This document shows, one piece after another, positions 26,090-39,059 of a stretch of 64,000 nucleotides of DNA. The DNA comes from Eledone cirrhosa. Lineage: Eukaryota. Under the pieces are notes generated by a model. That model had not been told where the DNA came from. It was given only the letters and a program-made list of their open reading frames with translations, and did no database searches. The number at the start of each line of letters is the position of its first letter. The stretch's first letter is position 1. Made by a program: the position numbers and the translations under genes. Location: positions 9,796,001-9,860,000 of the forward strand of contig OZ024746.1 in NCBI GenBank assembly GCA_964016885.1. Reading direction: 5' to 3'.

Positions 26090-27430
26090 GCCCTTCAATT
26101 TGCTTAACTTCAGGTTTATTATGTTGTGGTTGTGTATTTGGTTGAATTTTTTCATGGAGGCATTTATGATCTTCCTCAGGTTTTGTTAATAACATTATAG
26201 TTGGTTAAATTTACCAATAATTAACTAAGTTTTTGTTATAGTTCTTTTTTGCTGTGTCAAATTATGTAACTTCACAATGAACTATCTAAATTAACAACAA
26301 ACTATGTAACCTCACAACAAACTGTGAAACCTCAAAATATATTAAGTAACCACACAATAACCTATACTCTATTAGGAAATCTATATCTTCACAATTGACT
26401 ATGTAACTCAACAATGAACTATGCAGCCTCACAACGAACTGTTATTCCTCTAAACTATATAACTTCACAATGAAATATGTAACTCCATAAGAAACTGTGA
26501 CCTCACAACAAACTATGTAACCTCACAACTAACTATGTTATTCTATTGATGAATTACGTTACCTCACAATGAACTACATAACCTCACAATGAACTATATC
26601 ACCACATGATGAACAATTAAACCTCCCAATGTTACATAGATTTCCAAATCAAACTTTCATTTTCATTGGTTTGTCTTCATGAAGCAATTAAGATGACCTG
26701 TAATATCTTATTACAAGAAAGAACTATACAACTATTTAAAAACAAACAAATATCATTGTTGTAAACTTGTAGATCAAATGAAATAATTAACCATAAATTC
26801 TCTAGTGTAGGAGATAGATTAATACATAAGAAAATCGAGACATGATAAACAAACTAAGAAAAATATGACATGTTGCTGTCACGAATATATGTAACTTGAG
26901 TTATAAGAAAAAAACTGAGAAAGAAAAATGAGCCATGTCTTGGTAATAAACTTGTAACTTCACATAATAGAAAATAAACTGAGAAATAAAAATATGACAT
27001 AGAGTCATAAGTTATATCTTCGCAATATGCACTATAAAGAAGTTGGTGAGACAGTAAGATATGTTATAATTATAAATATGTAGCCTCGTAAATAACTATG
27101 ATAAAGAAACTGAGACAGAAAAAGATGAGACATGTTGTAAATACGTAACCTTTCTGTGAACTATGATAAAGAAAATGAGGCAGAAAAAATGAGACATGTC
27201 ATAGTTGCAAATATATAGCTTCACAATGTACTAGTTCATTGTGAGGTTACATAGTTTGACATGGCAAAAAAAAACTATAACAAAAACCGAGGAAGATCGT
27301 AGAAACATTCAACCAAATACACAGCAGCAACATAAACTTGAAGATAAAGAAACTGACATATGTAGTTACAACTATATGACCTCACAATGGATTATAATAA
27401 GAAACTGATAAAAAAAATATGACATGGAAG
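26090..27430. repeat. Degenerate 20-bp and about 60-bp minisatellite with an inverted segment
   Basis: aactatgtaacctcacaatg units at 26260-26630. 27231-27350 is the reverse complement of about 26105-26285. Confidence 0.7.
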
Positions 27431-27981
27431 AGTCATAACCTTAGATTGTTACATTCTTACATTATTGATTTCTTTGGGGAATTATTGAATTTTTTATTGT
27501 ATTGCATGGTTGTAAATTTAACACATCCCATACAATGTTTTAGGAATTTATGTGCTCAACTTATTACCATTTTATTGGATATTATTAGTTCAAATACTGT
27601 CAAAGACTTTGACATTATGCCTGAAGGTGAAAGACATTACATTTTTTTTCATGGTCAAATGGTTGGCATCAAAAAGGAGATGCTTGGCAAACTAAAATCA
27701 TGCTAAATTGTAGTTTTACAGTTAAGTACTTGTACTTCGAAAATAACATTAGCTATATTAGCCTCACTTAAGCGTCTTTATCCAGGAATCCAAGTGTAAC
27801 TAATCCTTATTTGAAAAAACAAAACAAAAAGCACTTGAAACATCAAGTTTTAAAAATAAACTATAAACAGAAAGATTTTTTAGTAGAAATTATTCAAAAT
27901 AAAACAAATGAAACAATATTATTTTTTCATTGAAATTTTATTGTTTGAAGTTTTAATCTTTTACTTTTTTCTTTCTTGCAG

Positions 27982-28840
27982 ATCGGTTCCTTCTTTATGA
28001 TAAATTTATGCTTAGTTGTCATAGCAACACAATTTTCTGAAACGAAAAAGCGTGAAACTGAGAGAATGTTGCAAGAGAGAAAACGTTTCCAATCATCAAG
28101 TACATTAGCTAGTAATTCCGAACCTGGAAGTTGTTATGCCGAAATTCTTAAATACATTGCACATTTATGGAGACGAACAAAACGGAAGATTATGAAACGA
28201 TATTTTGATTCTCGGGGCAAACGTCAGAGAAAGATTAACCCCGAAAAAGCAATATCTTTGCAACGAAAAAAAATGAAAAAGAAGGGGATGCAACCAACTA
28301 TGTACCTACATCGCCCTCACTATCGCCATCACATTCACTCTTGCCTTATTGCTAATCTGGACAACCAGCAGTTACACACAGACAATGGTGCTCAGGCACC
28401 AAGAGCCAGCCCAGAAGTATCTGATGTAGACCCTGTCTCATCTCCACGTAGGCCTAATTTTTTGACATTACCAAGTAGCAACAACAGCAGTCTGAACCCT
28501 TCATCTGAGTCATTAGTGCCAAATCCAACTGGAATTATCTGTAGTGGTTGCCAGTCTGCAGCAGGGTCCAGCATTGGTCAACAGAGTGATCTGACCGCAG
28601 GCCAACCTTACAAGCCTGCATCTTCATCAAATTATTTGCATATGATTTCATCCGCAGGACCATGTGTAACGGTTAGCCGAGCAGCATCATTCAATAGTGG
28701 AATGAGTCAAAGAAGTAGTCGAAATATACCTTGGCTACCTGAAGTTCTAGCTGTACCTAGCAGTAAGAATGCAGCCTTAGCACCTCCTAATGCACTAACA
28801 TCAGATCTTGATGTTAAATCCCAATCAGTAAGCGAACAAG
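27982..28840 (+). CDS. Cav3: Cav3 exon: IS6, gating brake and proximal I-II linker
   Basis: ttcttgcag|ATC...CAAG|gtaagt. Translates IGSFFMINLCLVVIATQFSETKKRETERM...SSSTLAS..EPGSCYAEILKY and contains APRASPE. Ends in phase 1. Confidence 0.97.
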
Positions 28841-30760
28841 GTAAGTTCTTTTCTTATATTAAAATTCTAACATAAAAGTATACCTAAACATTATTTTGTT
28901 TTACTCAGTCTATAAACAAACAACTTTTAAGGAAACTAAAATGGATATAATCATATTTTAAGCTCTCTGTTGTAATAAATTAAAAAATAATTAATTGTAA
29001 AAATGGTTAATCGAATGTACCCTACCTTCTCAAAGCAAACAGAAAGCATAGCTGAGTAAAGTTTTCTCTTGACTACACCTTACAGCATTCAATCACTGTA
29101 ATGTGTTTGCTATGATTTCAGCTGCCATCTTGAATACCATGAGTAAACAAAAGGAAAATAATTCACATAACAACATTTAGCTGTCTACTTTCAATTGTGC
29201 CTAACTAATCTGGCAACATAACATCTGACACAACTTTCTACAGATCCTGCTGTTTTTTAAGTATTTATACAGTGATGTTCAATGAGTCTCTATAAATTGG
29301 TATGCCATTGGAAGAAGAATGAATCTGACATTTAGGGACTGACCTTCCATAAGAGAGAGAAAAAGAGATATTCTGAAACATCAGATTACTTTTCCCCCAT
29401 GGCATATCAACTTATCTAAACTCATGAATTTCTGTATAAGTTTATTCTACACAGACCATCACTAGGTTTCTCAGATTATGTTTTCAACCCTTTTCATACC
29501 TAACTGTCTGAAATCATCCCTAGTTTTATGATGCAAAGCTGTTTATTTTAAAGTGTTTATATTTATCTAAAAAAATACTTCTAACATCATTTTATGGAAA
29601 AACCTTTGTTAAATAATACCCCAAATACCAGACAAATAATAAGAAAGTTATATTACTAAATAACTATAAAAATTCCTGATTATTTTCAAAGTGATTTGAA
29701 ATTTACAGGCAATGTATTTTGTTAGAAATATGGTGATGAAATCATTAAGTATTTAATGGTTTGGACTATCTTCAAATATTTTACAAGTGCATTTGTCTTG
29801 TTACTACATCTAAGAAACAATAGTGTTAAATCATTTCTAAAGCACCATAACACATTTTATATCACCATTTACAATCCCGTGTTTGTTTGATTTTGGTATT
29901 TTCTATGTCCATGTGACCTGAGGTCATGTTGTAAAAATAATATGGTCATTCAGGGGTTAGATGCTGTTGTTGTTTCACCTCAGGTGATCCTTTATTGAAC
30001 ACATAGACCTGTGATCAAAGGCATCCCAGCCTTAATCGTCTTGTATATTTTAGTGGTAGGATTCCATTATCTTATATAATGCATGTCTTCCTCATTTTTT
30101 AAGACAGTTAGTTGTAATATGGAAGAAGTTTTTATGTCATTTCATTCAACACTTGCTCCTCTATGGTGATTACTTTATTCATGTTTGGGAACCTAGGAAT
30201 TTCAGTACAGGCCCCATTGTAACAAACTAATCCTTTTTTCATTAAAGTCAGGGGATAAACTGTATCATTAAAGCATGGCAAAATGCCTAACAGTATTTTG
30301 TTATGGCCCTTTTACATTTTGAATAACCTCCCCAACCCAACACCACCAAATAAAAGGGTGATTTCAAATAAAAATGTGTTGCATGTTATTTGTTTCATCT
30401 GAGTTTCACAGACAATTCCTTGTTACTCTCACTATCAAAAATATGGTCAACAAGTGATTGACTTATGGGAAACCTGTAACCAAATATATTATTATTCACC
30501 AAGTGCAATATAAAATAAAAATAAAAATATACATTTCATACTCAGTGAAACCTCTAAGAAAATGTGTAGCTAGATCTACTCTCAGAAGTTGGTGAACACA
30601 TGCAAACACATATTCATATACACTCTTCTAGTGAAACGTTACCATTATTCCATATCTCTGAAGTCACATTGATTATTCATATTGTAATATATTTTCAACA
30701 TTTATTTTATCTATCTACAAATTTTCAGCAGAATATGTTTCCGTATATCTGTATATATAT

Positions 30761-31120
30761 ATTAGAAAGTGAGGTTTTTTTTACAAAATGAAAAATAACC
30801 AAGGTGTCCTACACGAGTGGAAGTATAAAGAAAAAGGGATGAAATCGAAAATGCAACTGAAGTCTTATTTTTTTTTTAAATATATATATTTATTTGGTTC
30901 CTTTACCGGTTTCGCAGTTCTTCTGCTTTTCAAAAGGTGAGTTGAGATGGAGGGTCTGTGGTTTTTCTCACATCATGTGAGAAAAACCACAGACCCTCCA
31001 TCTCAACTCACCTTTTGAAAAGCAGAAGAACTGCGAAACCGGTAAAGGAACCAAATAAATATATATATTTTTTAAAAAAATAAGACTTCAGTTGCATTTT
31101 CGATTTCATCCCTTTTTCTT

Positions 31121-31124
<4 letters not shown>
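30761..31124. mobile_element. Element family H2 with near-perfect hairpin, about 150-bp arms (apex 30974)
   Basis: Arms 30824-30973 and 30975-31124, flanked by (TA)n. Confidence 0.9.
31011..31048 (+). ncRNA. Minimal hammerhead motif with U3-A8 core (mirror copy at 30900-30937 on -)
   Basis: cctt-TTGAAAA-gcag-aagaa-ctgc-GAAA-ccgg-TA-aagg. All three stems pair. Confidence 0.72.
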
Positions 31125-31146
<22 letters not shown>

Positions 31147-31151
<5 letters not shown>

Positions 31152-31350
31152 TAAGATAACAGATTAAAGTTTAAGCAAAGAATCGCTGCTTTCACCCTTG
31201 TAGATCCCGTTAAGGGTGAAAGCAGCGATTATTTGCTTAAACTTTAATATGTCATTTTAATAAATATTTGCTGTACGGTTCTTATATATTTGATATATAT
31301 TTATTCTTATCGAGCCCTCTTTGGATTTTAGTCTTCAAATTTATTATTAT
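31147..31350. mobile_element. Fold-back element in (TA)n
   Basis: Arms tttattaagataac...ctttcaccctt and aagggtgaaag...tttaataaa around a 12-nt loop, followed by a unique tail. Confidence 0.7.
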
Positions 31351-31359
31351 TACTATATA

Positions 31360-31421
<62 letters not shown>

Positions 31422-32272
31422 TACACATTTAAATACACACATACATGTATTTATATATATATTATGCCAAACCCATGACCTCCAAGTATATATATATATG
31501 TATATATATATGTGTGTATTCTGACATTTACTAACTTTTGATTATATTAATATCAATAAACCTTTTATCCCACCATCTTGGTTCTTCTTATTTTATAGTT
31601 TTTCTTTTGATCAATACATTATCAGTAAATATACCAAACTGATCAAAGAATTACTGTAATGTTTAATGGCTTCCCTGAGTCTATCAAGCTAATCTTATTC
31701 TGGATTTGTTACAAAGTACCTTTTAAAAATAGATATCAAACCCTTCAGACTTAAATCCTAGGTCTCTATGACATTTATCTATTTTATCCAAAAATATTCT
31801 AATTATCAAATGCACTTTCTGGTTGAGATATCCAAATAACATATGATACTAGTCTCCAGCAGATAATGAATTAAATGCTGTTTGACAGAAGCAAATAGTT
31901 TGACAGTAGGCTTAACATAGAATATATGTAAGTTAATACTATGGCTACATTAGAAAGAGGGGTTAGTATGGCTGAATATTGAGAAAATATAGTGATATAG
32001 CAAGATAGAATTCAATTAGGAATGTATGGAGCAGGAGCAAGCAATAAAAGAAGAAAATGGAAACTTACATTTGGTACAACTATATAAAAAAGGAAAAAAA
32101 AGATGCATGGTAGCAGAAAATTGATGCAAAAAAGCTATGTCTATAGAGAATCAGTGACTAGGGATGACTGAAGCAATGTGATTTGTGTGAATGTTAAATT
32201 TATAGATGCCAATTTAAATCTGATATCGAATATATAGTTTCATGGAATGACACTTCTTAATATAGCGTTATA

Positions 32273-32625
32273 TCATCATCATCACCGTTTAACATCCATT
32301 TTCCATGGTAGCATGGGTTTGATGACAAGTCCCAATGTGAGACAACCCAGATCAGATGACCATGTCTTGTTCATACAGAACTGATTTTTGCTTGGTTTCT
32401 ATGGCTGGCTGGATGCCCTTCCTAATGCCAACCACATTTACAGTGTGTACTGGGCACTTTTTGACCACTTTACAGCATGGACTGGGTGCTTTTTATTGTG
32501 ACACATACCTGACCACTTTCCAATGTGGGCTGGGCACTTTTTATCGTGTCACCAACAGACCACTTTACAATGTGGGCTGGGCACTTTTTGTTGTGTCACC
32601 AACACGACCATGTTATAGTGTGAAC
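32273..32625 (-). mobile_element. RTE-tailed short retroposon (related to D; another at about 51034-51260)
   Basis: catcatc...tttaacatccattttcca...ctggatgcccttcctaatgccaacc, with internal repeats of about 48 bp. Confidence 0.7.
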
Positions 32626-34139
32626 TGGAAAGCAACTACAAAATTGTAAATATTTAGACTGAGAAAAAGTATTTAAAATGTAGAAACATACATATATCAA
32701 GAAGACGTGAGAACAATACTTTAACATCAGTATGAGTGGCCAGTTATGGCCAGTTATGGCCGGTTTGAACAGAAAGAGGTGAGAGAATTCTAGCCGGATA
32801 CAGCCAGTTTAACTGCTAAAGGGTTATATCTATCACATGAGTAGGCCAGAACAGGATTTGAACTCTGAATGAAAAGAGCTAGAACAAATACCATAAGGTA
32901 TCCTAACTATCTGACAGCCCCACTAGTCTATCATGTTAGATTAGTACTTTATTTGTTGACCTCGATAGGATTCGAATTCAGAATGCAAGAAGCCATATTA
33001 AATACCACAAAACATTATTCCTAATGCTATAAAGTTTTTCCTAATTCACTGAAAATATCTTGGTTTCATTTGTTTTATTTCTTTACTAAGGTTCTTTGCT
33101 TTCTTTAACATTCCCCCGCCCCCGCCACCCCACTCCACTCTACTCCACTCCGCTCCATACCATCTCATCCTCCATTTTATGTCTATTTTGGAATAATTAC
33201 AACTTTTAATTTATGCAACTCAGCTATTTCTGTGATTTGTTGTTGTTTTTTGAGGGGGGGGGGGGGGGATTTTTCACGCAGTTTGTATTCTCTGTACTTT
33301 GCATTTATTTTGTATTTAATGTTTTGTTTTTTTTATTTTTGCTATTTTCATGTTTTTTTTTTTGGGGGGGGGGTCCTTTATTTATACTTTTGGGGATGAA
33401 TAAATAAAAACTAAAAATGAACAACAAACTATATAGTGATATAAAATAAATGTCAGTTAAATAGACCAACAAAACACATAGGAAATAGTAAAAGAAAATG
33501 TTAATATTTGTCTTAGAAATAATAAAATTATATCATTCCCAAAATATAATTAGGCAACAGTTTATCTGATTAAAATTAAAAGTGATCACATCTTCAGAGG
33601 GAGAAGAAAACACAAAAATATTCCACTTAGCTTAGAAGTCTAAATATAGAAGCTACAACAACAAAACAAACAATACTAACTGAAATTATCATAAGCTCTT
33701 TTATCTTACATCTTTCTCTTCTTTTTTGTTTTGTCTTGTTTTGTTTGTTTGTTATTTTGTCCTTTTTTTAAGTTAATTATAATTGGTGGTTTAAGTATTC
33801 ATTGAATACTAATTGGGCATTTTAGGTTTTTTTTTGGGGGGGGGTGATAATTTTGGGGGAGGGGAGAGGGGGGTATCTTGGATTATTTTTCCACAATTAA
33901 TAATTACATTTTAGCTTTCAATGTTTTAATCTATTTTATTTAGTTCATTAGTAAGATATATTTGTTTTTTTCTTTCTTAAAAGCAATTAGCATAATTTAT
34001 ATTTATAAATATATTTTAAAAATAAAATAAATTCTGGGTTACTTAAAACATTTAACTCTTTATCTATCCTGGCAGTTTTTTAATAAAATTTACATTCCAA
34101 CATTCCTGAAGAAAATTCCATTTTATTTAATTGTTTTTT

Positions 34140-34790
34140 GTCATCATCGTTGTTGATGTTGTTATTGTTGTTGTTGTTATTATCGTCGTTGTTGTTGTTA
34201 TTGTTGTTGTTGTTATCGTCGTTGTTGTTGTTGTTGTTATCGTCGTCGTCGTCGTCGTCGTTGTCGTTGTTGTTGTTGTTGTTGTTGTCATCATCGTTGT
34301 TGTTGTTGTTGTTGTTGTTGTTATTATTGCTGTTATCGTTGTTGTTGTTGTTGTTGTTGTTGTTGTTATTATTGTTGTTATCGTTGTTGTTGTTGTTGTT
34401 GTTGTTGTTATCGTTGTTGTTGTTGGTGGTATTGTTGCTGTTGTCGGTGGTGGTGGTGGTGGTGGTATTGTTGCTGTTGTCGGTGGTGGTGGTATTGTTG
34501 CTGTTGTCGGTGGTGGTGTTGGTATTGTTGCTGTTGTCGGTGGTGGGGTGGTGTTGGTATTGTTGCTGTTGTCGGTGGTGGGGTGGTGTTGGTATTGTTG
34601 CTGTTGTCGGTGGTGGGGTGGTGGTGGTATTGTTGCTATTGTCGGTGGTGGTGGTGGTGGTATTGTTGCTGTTGTCGGTGGTGGTGGTGGTGGTATTGTT
34701 GCTGTTGTCAGTGGTGGTGGTGGTGGTGGTATTGTTGCTGTTGTCAGTGGTGGTGGTGGTGGGGGTGATATTCTTGGTGGTGGTGGTTGT
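34140..34790. repeat. (GTT)n grading into (GGT)n-tattgttgctgttgtc minisatellite
   Basis: Visible. Confidence 0.95.
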
Positions 34791-35376
34791 TTCTCATATT
34801 TCTTCAACTCTTCATGTCACATCCGACTAGTAAATACATTTTCATGACTGTTAAGCTTTAAGATTGACTCAACAAATATACCTGAAATGAATAGATAAAT
34901 GGCTAATTTGTTGAGGAATTAATCAGATTTAAGAAGGAGAAGCCACATAGAATGTATTAATCATTTCTTGATAGTATTGTTGAGGAATTTCTCTATAATA
35001 AACTACATCTGCTACATTCATGCATGTATATTACATTGATACAGTCTTATAAATCAGATTTACTGCTTTACTCTTCAGCTGAAATATATCATACTCCATT
35101 TCACTCTTTTATTTAACTTGGGGGTGATACATGGCTTAGTGGTTAGAGAATTGGAGGTTGTTGCTCTTTCTGACAGGAGTTGTGATGGGTAGATAGTATC
35201 AGTAATGGAGAGACGAAGAGACCAATGGAAACATTGTTTCCCTGGTCCAATTGGATGAGTTCCACCCCACCCCCACCCCCACCATCAGTAAGTAAATAAG
35301 GTTTAATCGTGTCAATCAATTCCTTATTCAACTTCAGTGTATTTGTTACAAATTAACAATCATTATCACATAATTA

Positions 35377-35565
35377 ATTAAGGCGGTAGATTGGCAGTAT
35401 CGGTAGAGGGTTGGACGCCATGCTTTCCAGCATAGTTACGTCCCTTTACGATCTGAGTTCAAATCCAGCCGAGGTTGACTTTGCCTTTCATCCTTACGGG
35501 GTCGATAAAATAAAGTACCAGTAATGCACTGGGTAATTGCTGGCCTTGTGCCTAAAGTAGAAACA
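35377..35565 (+). mobile_element. SINE family A, full length with 15-bp TSD
   Basis: attatcacataatta at 35362-35376 and 35566-35580. Confidence 0.92.
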
Positions 35566-36199
35566 ATTATCACATAATTATGATGATATATATACATACA
35601 TATATACATTTATATACATATATATATATATACACACACATATATATATATATATACACACATACAGTTATATATATATACACACACACATACATATATA
35701 TATATATACACATATATATATATATACATACATATATATATATACACACATATATATATATACACACATACATATATATACACATACATATATACATATA
35801 CATATATATGTATGTGTATGTATACATATATATATATATATATTGTGTGTGTGTATATATATACATATATATATATGTGTGTATATATATACATATATAT
35901 ATATGTAATTATAAACTGTTACTAGCTGGAGTGTTGAAAGTTCAATGGTTTTACAGAGCATTGGACAAAATGCATCATAGTATATGTTCTGGTTCTTTAT
36001 GCTTTGTTATTTTTATTTATTTATCTGCCTGTCACACTTTTTCTATTGCAATCATGTTGTTTAATCTATAATGCTTTCCTAGCTCCATCTTTCAAAAGCA
36101 ATCATACTCAACTCCTAATTCTCCAGTATTTTAAAATGAAGTATTCCATCAAATATTATGTATGTATATCTAAATTGTTGTTACTTGTCATTTGTTTAG

Positions 36200-36412
36200 G
36201 GGCCCTTGCTGAAAGCCTCCTTGTTGATATCTTGGGAGAAAAACGCTTGTCAGCTCCCCAGCTAACATGCACTCACAATGAATGTGATCCACACCTTAGT
36301 CATTTCTCACACTCTGAACAAGAGGTGACAGACAGTGGTGAGAGTGATACTGAAGGAGAATGGAGAGAAGAAACAGTTATACCAAACAAGTGGAGAAAAT
36401 TTATGAAAAGTG
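36200..36412 (+). CDS. Cav3: Cav3 exon: distal I-II linker
   Basis: tttgtttag|GG...AGTG|gtaagt, 213 nt, phase 1-1. Translates (G)ALAESLLVDILGEKRLSAPQ...DSGESDTEGEW...KWRKFMKS. Phase matches the flanking exons, and an acidic stretch before IIS1 is typical of Cav3. Confidence 0.85.
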
Positions 36413-38827
36413 GTAAGTAGAGCTTCTGTTTTATTTAATGTATCGTCAAAATTAATTTACTTAACTTTATTGAGTCTATCTCATATGAGTCAGCTTTTAT
36501 AGTAAAGTGCCAAGTCTTGAGAGTTCTGTTTTTCTCTATTAATATCTGCACTTCTCAATTCAGCAGCAACAAGCATTTTAAGGCCATTTTTACTCCTAAG
36601 CAGGTGTAAACCTTGATAGTTCTATACCCCTAAAATTTGTAGCCATGTAGTCATGTCACATCACCAGCAGCAGCATGATTATTATTATTATTATTAGGCG
36701 TTGGATTGGCAGCATTGGTAGAGTGTCGGACGGACAACAGGCTTTGCAGCATAAAGTTACAACCCTTTACGTTCTGAACGATGCAATTCTAAAATCTTGC
36801 AATGTGGTTCAAACATCTAAGCAATCTATAATGATAAATCTCTTCCATAAGACAATCACAGAAAGAAGCCCAAATACCAACCATATGCATGAGAGGGTTC
36901 CATAGAATGGTCTCTTGGCATCAAAAGACTCTTTACTTTTCAACCAACCACAAGGCTTGGAATGCTATATTTTATTCATAATCCCTAATGAATACCTTTG
37001 AAAAAGTTGACCTTACTTTGTATGACACAGAAGCAGTTCAAGAAATAACTCTTGCAGTTAGTCACATTGATCTGCTGACAGAACTGTATTACAAACATTA
37101 GAGTCTCACATAAGGAATAAACATTAATGTCTTTTATACTGAGTTTTCTCATTTTTCTATGAATTTTACATAATTTGTAAATTTTATACTGATTTTAGTT
37201 GTTGGGCTGTAGATATTATTGTGTATTTGATTTCAGTGGAATAGCTGGTAATATCAACTCCTGTACTTCTTGTGATATCGTCATCGGGAGAATTTATAAA
37301 ACACAATAGTAAGAATTGGCAAGATTTGAACTGAAGGACATAATGGAACAAATCCGGGGGTAAATGTCATGAGTGGAATTGACTAATGAAAACATACAAA
37401 GACAATCATGAGCAAAACAAAAATGCTGCTAAACTTGGATTTTTGGCGATATGAGAAACTTGCAGAAGCACTTAATGTGTTTAGATAAGGAAAGAAATAG
37501 CACATTTCAAAGATAATTGCTGGTGGCACTTTAAAAGTGCATTTTATATATGGCACAGAACTGCACCTATTTTCTGTCATAACTGACATTTCATGCCAAC
37601 CTACAAACTTCTGTGTTTATTACCAAATACATGCCCACAAGTGAATATTTATATATATATATATATAATATATATATATAAACTAACAGTGGTTGTTAAT
37701 AGTAAAAATAATAATAATAATAATAGTCATCAAATTATGTAGGGTATTAAATCAAATATACACATGCATACACTTAAACCAACAAATAAATAAATAAATT
37801 TATATATATATATATATATATCATAATGTAGTTGTGCTATAAGACATTTGTTTTTTGCATGCTACAAAGATTTTCTGATGACAGACCTCTATACACTGAG
37901 TAGAAGGATAATTTGTTCTATTTATTTTATATCAGTAAAAGGTAGTTACTAATGATTGGCTACTATGTACTGTAATTGTCACATCAAGTGAAGATATGTG
38001 TATGTGTGTTGATATTCTCTCTCTTTCACTCACTGGCTCCATCTCTCTCACTCTCCCCATCTCTTGCTATTATAAGCAAATGAGAGCCCATGCACTGGCC
38101 ACCCCACAATCCCAGTGGACAGAATAGAGAAGGTGTTTCCCTGGAGAATTGTGAGGTAGATGGGATGGTAGAGCCATTCCAGCTTGCAAGGCTCACACTT
38201 GTGTATAGCTAACTCTGTGCCAAATGTGGTGAGTAGGGAGGTGGTCCTGCTATGGACTTAATATAGAAATTCACAATTGTGTAAAAGAGAAATATAAAGT
38301 GAGAGAGATAAAAATAGTGAGTGTGTATCTGTGTATATCTCTCTGCAGTTTTTGTCATAATCACATATGTACATTTTCTTGTAACTTCCTTTGAATTCTG
38401 CTTCTTTCTCAAATAATGCTGGGTGTCACCTGATTCTTGAGGCAAAATTTGATAATACACATTTTACAATCAATTGTCATACAAATGATGCCACAAAGGT
38501 ACAAACATCAGTTAATGTCTTTGTAAGGTTCTTAAATTGAAAATTCCTTTCTCAAGACATCAACAGTCAGTCAGAACTATTTTCTGTATCTCTTGCAGAG
38601 ATAGCTTTCCACATTATTATCATCATCATTTTCAACTACCTGTGAGTGAAATAATTGTTAAAAGGATTTACATTGATGCAAAATAAGATATTATTTTTAC
38701 AATATTTGTTTGTATTTATTTATGTATAATTATTAATATTTCACAGCACCTGACTGATTAAAATGTGTGGTTCCTATTTTAATTCTAATTCTAATTTTAT
38801 TTTTTTGGTATGATTTTTTTTTTTCAG

Positions 38828-38949
38828 AAATTTTCAGTAAAGCGCAAGGATATTTGAAAAAGGGAGTGGAAAGTAAACTATTCCAAAGGGGAATTTTATT
38901 TGCGATCTTAATTAATACTCTTAGTATGGGAATTGAATATCATGACCAG
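38828..38949 (+). CDS. Cav3: Cav3 exon: domain II S1
   Basis: ttttttcag|AA...CAG|gtatgt. Translates (E)[40 protein letters not shown]. Confidence 0.95.
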
Positions 38950-39022
38950 GTATGTTGGAATATTTAGATATTTGATGTTTTTTCTCATCTTTTTTGTTTT
39001 TGTTACATTCTCTTTCATAAAA

Positions 39023-39059
<37 letters not shown>

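Noticed and set aside
34127-34847. Pro/Thr- and Val-rich ORFs (also at 48.4 and 56.5 kb)
   Set aside because: Trinucleotide microsatellite artefacts.
38831-38838. Alternative acceptor ttttcag 10 nt into the IIS1 exon
   Set aside because: It shifts the frame and meets a stop within a few codons.
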